DNA of 64,000 nucleotides from an uncultured virus (IMG/VR IMGVR_UViG_3300013823_000004) (taxonomy: Duplodnaviria; Heunggongvirae; Uroviricota; Caudoviricetes), in the IMG/VR virus record IMGVR_UViG_3300013823_000004, one strand, 5' to 3'. The first letter of the stretch is position 1, and each line of letters begins with the position of its first letter. The notes under the pieces are model-generated. The model did not search any database. It was not told the origin of the DNA and was given only the letters and a program-made list of their open reading frames with translations. Made by a program: the position numbers and the translations under genes. This document shows, piece by piece, positions 57,231 through 64,000 of this stretch.

Positions 57231-57267
57231 AAAAACGTCCGCAAACCCGGGGCTTGCAGACGTTTTT
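57231..57267 (-). terminator. Terminator downstream of tRNA-Ser-like fragment
   Basis: AAAAACGTCTGCAAGC/GTTTGCGGACGTTTTT on minus strand. Confidence 0.7.
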
Positions 57268-57271
57268 CAAC

Positions 57272-57286
57272 TGGCGGAGTGAGAGG
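57272..57286 (-). other. att core: 3' end of a tRNA (Ser-like)
   Basis: CCTCTCACTCCGCCA (G discriminator, CCA end); rest of tRNA absent; next to integrase. Confidence 0.75.
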
Positions 57287-57394
57287 CCGATTCGGCCTTC
57301 CCCAGCATTCTCTGCGAGGCTCAAAACCCAGCAGTATCAAGGCCTGCGACTCCGCACCCTTATCCTGCCTTCTCATACAATCCCGGCCCGAAAC

Positions 57395-57417
57395 ATGGGG
57401 CAGATGATGGGGCAGAT
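57395..57417. repeat. Direct repeat, putative arm-type sites
   Basis: ATGGGGCAGAT twice, just before integrase start. Confidence 0.65.
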
Positions 57418-57420
57418 TCG

Positions 57421-58569
57421 ATGGCTCGACCGATCCACCGCCTGAGTGCCCGGGCGGTTCAGACCCTGACCAAGCAAGGCTACCACGCGGACGGCGGCGG
57501 CCTGTACCTGCTCATCGGCCCGACCGGGGCAAAGTCTTGGGTGTTGCGCTACCAGCGCGCCGGCAGGCGTCGCGAGATGGGGCTGGGATCAGCGGCCGTC
57601 GTGTCGCTGGCAGAGGCCAGGCAGGCCGCCGTGTCCCAGCGCAAGCTGCTGGTGACCGGAGACGACCCCATCGCTACCCGGCGGGCTGCGAAGTCAGCTG
57701 GTGCCACGTTCGGAGAGGCGGCGGACGCCTATATCGCCGCGCACCGTTCCGGCTGGAAGAACGAAGCCCAAGCCGAACAGTGGATCCAGTCCCTGAGGGA
57801 CTACGGCCCGGCCCGAGCCACGCCAGTGGCCGAGGTCGACACCCAGATGGTGATGGCCTGCCTGCGCCCGATCTGGGAGAAGAAGACGGTCACGGCCACC
57901 CGCGTTCGCGGCCGCATCGAGCGGGTTCTGGACTGGGCCAAGGTCCATGGCATGCGTGAAGGCGAGAACCCGGCCAGGTGGCGGGGCCACCTGCAGAACC
58001 TCCTGCCCAAGCCGTCCAAGGTCACCAAGGGGCGGCACCACGCGGCCATGCCCTATACCGAGGTGCCGGCATTCATGGCCACGCTCGCTGAGCGGGACGC
58101 CAGATCCAGGCGCGCGCTCCGCTTCACCATCCTCACCGCCGCCCGAACGGACGAGGTGGTCGGGGCGCAGTGGTCCGAGTTCGACCTGGATGCCGCGGTC
58201 TGGACGATCCCTGCCGGCCGGATGAAGGGCGGTCGGGAACACTTGGTGCCGCTGACATCGGCCGCGTTGGCAATCCTGAAGCCACTGAGCCGGAAGGAGC
58301 CACCCTTCCGGCTGTCGGAGAACGCCATGCTGTACCTGGTCCAGAAGCCGGCACCGAAGGGCTTGGGGCTCCCCTTCACCGTCCACGGTTTCCGTTCCAC
58401 CTTCCGCGACTGGGCGGCCGAGACGACCGAGACGCCGAACGAAGTGGTCGAGATGGCTCTGGCCCATGCGATCCGGAACAAGGCCGAGGCTGCCTATCGG
58501 CGCGGCGCACTTCTAGACCGGCGGCGCGTCCTGATGGAAGCATGGGCCACGTTCTGCAGCTACCAATGA
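57421..58569 (+). CDS. int: Tyrosine integrase, P4-like (Arm-DNA-bind_3)
   Basis: DGGGLYL..G.KSWVLRY..G.RREMGLG..SLAEAR; TAARTDE, MK, HGFRSTFRDW, LAH, AYRR. Confidence 0.95.
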   Translation: MARPIHRLSARAVQTLTKQGYHADGGGLYLLIGPTGAKSWVLRYQRAGRRREMGLGSAAVVSLAEARQAAVSQRKLLVTGDDPIATRRAAKSAGATFGEAADAYIAAHRSGWKNEAQAEQWIQSLRDYGPARATPVAEVDTQMVMACLRPIWEKKTVTATRVRGRIERVLDWAKVHGMREGENPARWRGHLQNLLPKPSKVTKGRHHAAMPYTEVPAFMATLAERDARSRRALRFTILTAARTDEVVGAQWSEFDLDAAVWTIPAGRMKGGREHLVPLTSAALAILKPLSRKEPPFRLSENAMLYLVQKPAPKGLGLPFTVHGFRSTFRDWAAETTETPNEVVEMALAHAIRNKAEAAYRRGALLDRRRVLMEAWATFCSYQ

Positions 58570-58865
58570 ATACGCCCCTACCCCCCGAGTTCCACTGGCG
58601 CCCGCATGTCGGGCAGACCCGGGCGCTGCAGTACGGCCAGCACATGATAGCCATCGTGGCTCCAGCCGGGACCGGGGCGAGGTCGACGCGGAACGTGGGC
58701 ACTTTGAACGTGACCGATAAGTCACATCCCGACATGGATGCCGCCAGCCGATTCATCTCCGCCTGGTCCGCGAAGTGGCGGGATCGAATCGTGGCCCAGT
58801 ACGCGGGGCTGGGAGTCGGGGTTCCCCTAGCGCCCCAGCACCGCGACAAGCCAGCCCAGGACTGA
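58566..58865 (+). CDS. Hypothetical protein
   Basis: 99 aa, ATGA overlap with integrase stop. Confidence 0.6.
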   Translation: MNTPLPPEFHWRPHVGQTRALQYGQHMIAIVAPAGTGARSTRNVGTLNVTDKSHPDMDAASRFISAWSAKWRDRIVAQYAGLGVGVPLAPQHRDKPAQD

Positions 58866-58940
58866 CCTGCACCACCTGCAGGAAATCGGCCCACCTGCAC
58901 TTTTTCGGCCCACCTGCAGGAATGTGGACCCCCTGCAGGG
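58866..58940. repeat. 19-bp periodic CC(A/C)CCTGCA array
   Basis: CCTGCA at 58866, 58875, 58894, 58913, 58932. Confidence 0.7.
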
Positions 58941-59078
58941 TCTGGAGCCGGTGCTTGCCGGCATCTCGCTGCCGGCGACGGCCAGCGGTGAAACGTAGGT
59001 GTATCAAGGGATTTCGGCCTGAAACGGCCAGAGATTGGCCCGGCTCGGTGCCGGTGGTGAAGTTGTCGCGGTGGCGCC

Positions 59079-59291
59079 CTACTCGCCGGCTTCCTCGAAC
59101 CGCACCGCCCGAACCAGGAATGCGCCGGCCTGCAGTCGGAGCCGGGTTGCCGCGGCTCTGATCCGCGCTCGGCGCCGCCAGTCCCCGGCGCTGGACTGCT
59201 CCAGCTGCCGGGCCTGCCCGTCCAGTTCGGCCGCCCTCGCCCGTGCCCAGGCGGCTTTCGTCGGATGCCACGTCTTGGTCGATGCGTTCAT
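59079..59291 (-). CDS. Small helical hypothetical protein
   Basis: 70 aa, Ala/Arg-rich; start uncertain. Confidence 0.45.
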   Translation of the reverse strand: MNASTKTWHPTKAAWARARAAELDGQARQLEQSSAGDWRRRARIRAAATRLRLQAGAFLVRAVRFEEAGE

Positions 59292-59359
59292 GGCCTGCAT
59301 CTTGGCCCCTGTCCATCGCACAGGCTGCGACCGAGGCGCGTACGGATTTCGTATGCGGC

Positions 59360-59719
59360 TCAGGGGTTCAGCGTGGCGACGAAGTAGTCCGGCTTCCCGA
59401 CCGTGCCCCACTGGCGCACTGCCGCAGCAACCAGCGCCTTCGCCCGCATCGGGTCCACCGGGAACGTCCCGCTGTAGACGTAGTAGTCCACCCACCCGTA
59501 CTCGTCGGTCGGCTCGACCTGGCAGGACAGGTGCAGGAGGAAATCCGCGTCCTCGTCGTCCAGGTCGGACGGCGGCCTGATCCCCAGCTCCTCGCGCAGC
59601 TCCTGGGCCAGCAGCTGCGAATGCGGCCGCATGGTGTCGGCCACGACGATGCCGTGGGCCATCAGGTCCACGGCGATCATCGACATAGAGCGCGGGGTAC
59701 GGAAAACCGGGATCTTCAT
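59360..59719 (-). CDS. Hypothetical protein
   Basis: 119 aa, TACAAT 9 nt upstream of ATG. Confidence 0.65.
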   Translation of the reverse strand: MKIPVFRTPRSMSMIAVDLMAHGIVVADTMRPHSQLLAQELREELGIRPPSDLDDEDADFLLHLSCQVEPTDEYGWVDYYVYSGTFPVDPMRAKALVAAAVRQWGTVGKPDYFVATLNP

Positions 59720-59936
59720 GTGGCAGCCATTGTAGGAAGGAGGCCGGATCACGACGAGCCTTGCGGGCGTCACCGCCGAGGGGAGTGGCGGCCGGCGGCG
59801 GCGTCACAGGGGGGTAGGACGCCGCGCGGGCATCTTCGGCGCCACGGATCGCAAATCCTGCGACGTGCAGCAGCTCGTGGCCGAGGGTCAGCGTCACGGC
59901 GTCATCTACACGTACCGGTGGCCGGTGCTGGCTCAC

Positions 59937-62240
59937 TTACTCCTCTGTCGAAAGCACCGAAAGAACCTGTCCAGCTTTCACATAGCTCGGCGATCCAGCG
60001 GCTGCCGCATAGCTAAAGTTCGCCGTTCCTACCTGGGTATCGGTGTATGTGACGCTCGCACTGCTACTCCAGTAGTAGTCCTGCTTCCACCCACCATTAG
60101 GGAGGTTCGGATCGAATGCGTCCCTCGGTATATAGACCGCATTAACTACCGTCGAACCATGACTGATCGGAGTGCTACTGATCTGCGTCCAGCTTGGATT
60201 TCCATCGATCCTCCGTGAAATAGTGAGGTAGGTTGTCGGTTGCGAGATGGTTGGTGGTGGAGGCGGATTGCTTTCAGGTCGGCCAGGGTAGTAGTCCGTG
60301 TATGTTGGCGAGGTCGCAGAGTAGCCAGCAGTTACTTGCTTCGGGCGACCATTGGTCGTGAACGGCCCTACTTCGATGGTTGGATTCATTGTCAACACAG
60401 TGGTCTGTGCTGAGTTTTTGATGATCCCAGCTGAAAGCGCTCCGCCCCAATAAGCATTACCTAGTATGTCCATATACATGATCGCGTTGGACTTACTCGC
60501 TGCGGCCACCCCTACGTTTGGCCCGAAATAGTCCATCAGCTGTCCGCCGGCCCCAAAACCGTTGCCGATGATCCTCTGCACAGATCCACGCCAGACTCGG
60601 ATATAACCGTCCCTGATCTCCATGCCGTCGGCGCCGGCAGGCGACAGCAGGCGGAACACGTCGGCCATGAAGTTGATCTCGCCGCGCACGCCATCGTTGA
60701 TCGACTGCATGCCCACGACCCGGCCGTTCACGTCCAGGTACATGCCCCACAAGGCCTTTGCCTGGCCCAGGCTGTTCACCTCCACAGACAGCAGCTGCGT
60801 AACCTGGGCGTACTTCTCATCCACTCCCGACGCCGACGGCTGCCAGGGCGGCACGGTCGTCTGCTCGGCGGCGGCCACCGACACCATAGGCCGAATCACG
60901 CTGAACGCCGGCGCGGAGACCGAACCGGTGACCTGCGAGCGCAACCAGAAGCGCAGCGCCACGGTGCCGCTGGGAGCCACCGCAAAGGCGGACTCCGTGA
61001 CGTAGCCTTGCGGCACCACAACGCTGGGGCCGCCAGAGATCGTCCCGCCCGAGGAGTTGAGGAAGTCGATGCCGAACGACAACGTGCTGGACGCCTGCCG
61101 GTCGCCCGCGCACTGCACGCAATAGCGGGTGCCGGCCACTGCCGGAACGCTGTTCGAGCGCACGACGACCGTTCCACCCGACAGCGTGGCGGTGGATTGC
61201 CACGTCAAGACGTTGATGCCGCCCGGGCGCTGCCCGTTCCTGTTGCGGTATAGCTTGTAGGTCGACTCGGCGACATTGCCCACAAGGGAGTCCGAGGCAA
61301 TTACCCAGCCGAAGGTGTCGCTCTCGAAACCCGCGTTCCCGATCAGGTTGCCGCTGGTGGCCCCAACCGATGCCCTCAGCTTGGTGATGTCCTGGGACTG
61401 CGCGGTGATCTGGCCGCCCTGCTGCTCGACAGTCGTGCGAAGCGATCCCAGGCCCGAAGCGTTGGCCGCCAAGCCTGTGGCCGGATCGTTGACCTGCCCC
61501 TGCAGCAACGTCGTACGTTCGGCTTCGGCCGTGATGCGGCCCTCTGCAGTCTCCACGCGCGAGTTGGTCAGGACGATGGCGGCGGCGTTGGCCGTGGCCT
61601 TGTCCCCGGCCTGCTTCGCCAGCTCCCGGTTGTTGGCGTCGATCGCATTGAGCACTGCCTGGCGCAGGCCGTAGACATTCAGCCACTTCTCGAGGAACTT
61701 CGCCGCGGTGCTGACGCTGATGTTCGCCGACAGCGTGGTCGTGAGCGTCAACGGGCGCGGACGGATGACGGCCGCGCGTGTTGGCTTGGCGGTCAGCCGC
61801 ATTTCGACCGGCATGGACTGCGGCCGGATCGCCAACGGGTAGGCGATGCTCGGGCTGGCGTGCAGGCCGAACTCCGCCGCCGCCGGCGCGGGCACGATCT
61901 TCGCGGTGGCGCTGGGCGACGCGGCCAGGCCGAACTCCACCGCCGCCGGCTCCACCTCCGCGCTCGCCCAGGCGCTGGGCGAGGCCGAGAGGCCGAACGT
62001 GACGGGCAGCGGCTTGATGCCCGTGCTTCCCTTCGGGGATGCCGCAAGGCCGAATGCCATCGCCATCGGCGCGACGGTCGCCACGGCGACCGCGGCAACC
62101 TTGGCCGCCAGCTTGATCGAGACCGGCAACGGCGCCGCGGTGATGTCCGAGAACGCCGGCCCCGGAGCGTCGGCCGTCAGCACCTGCCCGCCGCCCGTCA
62201 GCAGCCGGCGGCCGTCGCCAGTGAGCAGGTACTTCGTCAT
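59937..62240 (-). CDS. Tail tip/host-specificity-like protein (DUF1983-like C-terminal region)
   Basis: 767 aa; coiled coil, NLIGNAGFE carbohydrate-binding-like start, LDVNGRVVG...NDG....F.ADVF; AT-rich C-terminus. Confidence 0.75.
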   Translation of the reverse strand: MTKYLLTGDGRRLLTGGGQVLTADAPGPAFSDITAAPLPVSIKLAAKVAAVAVATVAPMAMAFGLAASPKGSTGIKPLPVTFGLSASPSAWASAEVEPAAVEFGLAASPSATAKIVPAPAAAEFGLHASPSIAYPLAIRPQSMPVEMRLTAKPTRAAVIRPRPLTLTTTLSANISVSTAAKFLEKWLNVYGLRQAVLNAIDANNRELAKQAGDKATANAAAIVLTNSRVETAEGRITAEAERTTLLQGQVNDPATGLAANASGLGSLRTTVEQQGGQITAQSQDITKLRASVGATSGNLIGNAGFESDTFGWVIASDSLVGNVAESTYKLYRNRNGQRPGGINVLTWQSTATLSGGTVVVRSNSVPAVAGTRYCVQCAGDRQASSTLSFGIDFLNSSGGTISGGPSVVVPQGYVTESAFAVAPSGTVALRFWLRSQVTGSVSAPAFSVIRPMVSVAAAEQTTVPPWQPSASGVDEKYAQVTQLLSVEVNSLGQAKALWGMYLDVNGRVVGMQSINDGVRGEINFMADVFRLLSPAGADGMEIRDGYIRVWRGSVQRIIGNGFGAGGQLMDYFGPNVGVAAASKSNAIMYMDILGNAYWGGALSAGIIKNSAQTTVLTMNPTIEVGPFTTNGRPKQVTAGYSATSPTYTDYYPGRPESNPPPPPTISQPTTYLTISRRIDGNPSWTQISSTPISHGSTVVNAVYIPRDAFDPNLPNGGWKQDYYWSSSASVTYTDTQVGTANFSYAAAAGSPSYVKAGQVLSVLSTEE

Positions 62241-62764
62241 GCGGGCCAGCCCTCCGTTACGTCATATGCAAGCGCCGCCGACAGGTCGGGCAGCGCGTCG
62301 ATGGCTTCGTGGTGCGCGCGCTCCGCCGAGAAGCAGGCTTGAACGTGCGCGGTGATCGCACCCGCGATGCCTTGCAGCTCCACCGCCGTCAGGTAGACCC
62401 AGCCGTTCTCGGCCTTGAAGTCCACGCCGTCCACCTGCGCCACCTGCATGGCGGCCAGGACCGAGGCGATGCGATTCTGGTCCTGCAGCGCTGTGGCCAC
62501 TCGCACGCCGCCGAGCGTCAGCCCGCCCGTTTCGCGGGACCAGCGGCGGGCGGTAGCCGCTGCACGCAGCTTTTCCTTCACCACGGCCAGGTCTGGTGCG
62601 GAGAGCTGCTCCTGCACCCATCCGCTGCGCCACACCACCCGGAAGCCGGTATCAGCGACCGGCGGCTCGGTGGGCGTGCAGCGCACAGGCAGCGGCCCAT
62701 TCTCTTCACATTCAACCGTGCCAGCCGGAGCGCCCGTTTGGTCCCACAGATAGAAGGTCTTCAT
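62237..62764 (-). CDS. Tail fibre assembly protein, DUF4376-like
   Basis: ETGG..DQNRI..DFKAENGWV..HVQACFSAERAHHEAIDAL..GWP. Confidence 0.8.
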   Translation of the reverse strand: MKTFYLWDQTGAPAGTVECEENGPLPVRCTPTEPPVADTGFRVVWRSGWVQEQLSAPDLAVVKEKLRAAATARRWSRETGGLTLGGVRVATALQDQNRIASVLAAMQVAQVDGVDFKAENGWVYLTAVELQGIAGAITAHVQACFSAERAHHEAIDALPDLSAALAYDVTEGWPA

Positions 62765-63978
62765 GCCTTGATGTACCCGGTGAGCCCCGCCCCGATACCC
62801 GCGAGCGAAGGCGTGATGAACTGCGTTCCGGAGTCGTAGCTGTACTCGGGCAGCGAGCGGAACTGCACTCCGTTACCCACTGCCACGGCAGTGGTGTCCT
62901 CGATGGCGAAGGCCGCCGTCGCATTGGTCAGCGCAGTGGAGATGGCGGTCCAGCTGGCCCCAGCATCGAACGAGTAGTAGCTGGTACCCGAGGTGGTGAC
63001 GATCACTGCCACAAGGGCCGACGTGCGAACGACGCCGGCCTGCGTGGTAGTCACGCCCGCCAACGTCGAACTCGTCCAGGTCGTGCCTCCGTCGATCGTC
63101 CGCAGGACCACGCCCGTGCTCGAGACGGCAATGGCGCGAGCCTCATCAAAGGCGCACGCGCCCCTGACATTGCTGAAGCTCGGAACAGTAATCGCGGTCC
63201 AGGTTGCCCCGCCGTCAGTGGTCCTGGCCGCCGAGGTGCCCGTGTTCGCAAATGCAACGGCAACGCTTGCGCTGAACCGAACCGTCCGCCTGGCGTCCGC
63301 CATAGCCGCGGCGCCTGCGCCGAACGAGGAACCCCCATCGGTGCTCAGTCGGCCGGTGCTGCTGTCACCGGTGAGATAGATGCGCGACGCCGTGAACACG
63401 GTGATGGTCCGCAGGGCATTCGTGGTGCCACTGGAAACGGCGGTCCACGTCGCACCGCTATCCACGCTGCGCAGAACTACGCCTGCCTGGCCACACGCGA
63501 TAACCACAGTACTGGACGCGCGGGCCACCGCCAGCAGGTTCCCCGCAACGGTGATCTGAACCCAGTTCACACCGCCATCCGTGGTACGCCAGACCACGTT
63601 GTTGCCTACGGCCACGGCAACGCGCTCAGTGATCCAGCACGCATCGTTGATCGCGGTGGTGATCCCGGTGGTAGGTGTCTGGGCTGCCCAGTTGCGGCCC
63701 GGCGGAACATCGCCGATCAACCCCACCAGCCCGTAGAGGTCAGGGTATGCCGATTGGCTGTAAACGGTGCCCAGCCTAAGCCAACCGGCTCCCGGGTTAC
63801 GGGCCGAAACCAGCGTATCGCCGGTCTTCGCGCCGGAGCCGGCCATCGCCAGGATCGCGGCGATGGTGGTGCGCAGCGTGGAGTCCTGACCCGTGCCGCG
63901 CTGGACCGCGACCACCTCGGCCCCGGTCAGCGCCCCGGCATCGGGCAGCCCATTGAAGTCGGTGCCCATGTCGGCCAT
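62761..63978 (-). CDS. Tail fibre with BNR/Asp-box beta-propeller
   Basis: Six (T/S).D.G..W/F repeats; collar-like GWL..Y..YPDLY and F..P motifs. Confidence 0.78.
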   Translation of the reverse strand: MADMGTDFNGLPDAGALTGAEVVAVQRGTGQDSTLRTTIAAILAMAGSGAKTGDTLVSARNPGAGWLRLGTVYSQSAYPDLYGLVGLIGDVPPGRNWAAQTPTTGITTAINDACWITERVAVAVGNNVVWRTTDGGVNWVQITVAGNLLAVARASSTVVIACGQAGVVLRSVDSGATWTAVSSGTTNALRTITVFTASRIYLTGDSSTGRLSTDGGSSFGAGAAAMADARRTVRFSASVAVAFANTGTSAARTTDGGATWTAITVPSFSNVRGACAFDEARAIAVSSTGVVLRTIDGGTTWTSSTLAGVTTTQAGVVRTSALVAVIVTTSGTSYYSFDAGASWTAISTALTNATAAFAIEDTTAVAVGNGVQFRSLPEYSYDSGTQFITPSLAGIGAGLTGYIKA

Positions 63979-64000
63979 ATCAGTCCACCGTCACGTTGAT

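Larger units (their letters stand above)
57272..64000. mobile_element. Prophage B (left end), tRNA-integrated
   Basis: att fragment, P4-type integrase, small genes, convergent tail genes running off the window. Confidence 0.85.

Noticed and set aside
57272..57360. Complete tRNA-Ser gene
   Set aside because: Only the last 15 nt are tRNA-like; no T-loop or cloverleaf upstream
59740..59936. ORF start directly after the tail-tip gene (285-aa ORF in track)
   Set aside because: Runs across two better supported genes in other registers or starts; probably a degenerate remnant
29009..63978. Diversity-generating retroelement or invertible fibre shufflon
   Set aside because: No reverse transcriptase or invertase recognised, no adenine-specific TR/VR pair and no inverted crossover sites seen

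Overview
High-GC (~68-70%) bacterial DNA, probably from a Xanthomonadaceae host such as Stenotrophomonas (inferred from gene style only), made up almost entirely of two adjacent prophages. Prophage A (<1 to ~57,000) is a nearly complete temperate podovirus-like element. On the minus strand it has the late genes: a 2,729-aa multidomain virion protein, tail genes, an N4-gp56-type major capsid protein, portal, TerL/TerS, a fibre cassette and lysis genes. These follow a tRNA(CAU), a late regulator, replication genes with iterons and a cro/cI switch with 14-bp operators. Its plus-strand early operon is rich in host-regulator look-alikes (lone OmpR-type DNA-binding domain, RdgC-FtsK-gamma, CsrA, J-domain protein, repeat-containing C5 methyltransferase) and ends in xis and int. 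A ~300-bp spacer holds a candidate host sRNA and terminators. Prophage B begins at a tRNA-Ser-like 3' att fragment (57272) and has a P4-type integrase and the distal tail genes of another phage. The most interesting signals are: (i) an antisense sigma70-like promoter and an 18-bp G.U-containing hairpin RNA with an anticodon-like loop, hidden inside the giant virion gene just after a predicted RNase-like domain; (ii) two CsrA-fold proteins plus hairpin motifs in capsid-gene leaders; (iii) conserved in-frame linker repeats flanking unrelated cassettes in early genes. All family names come from motif recognition by eye; no database search was run.
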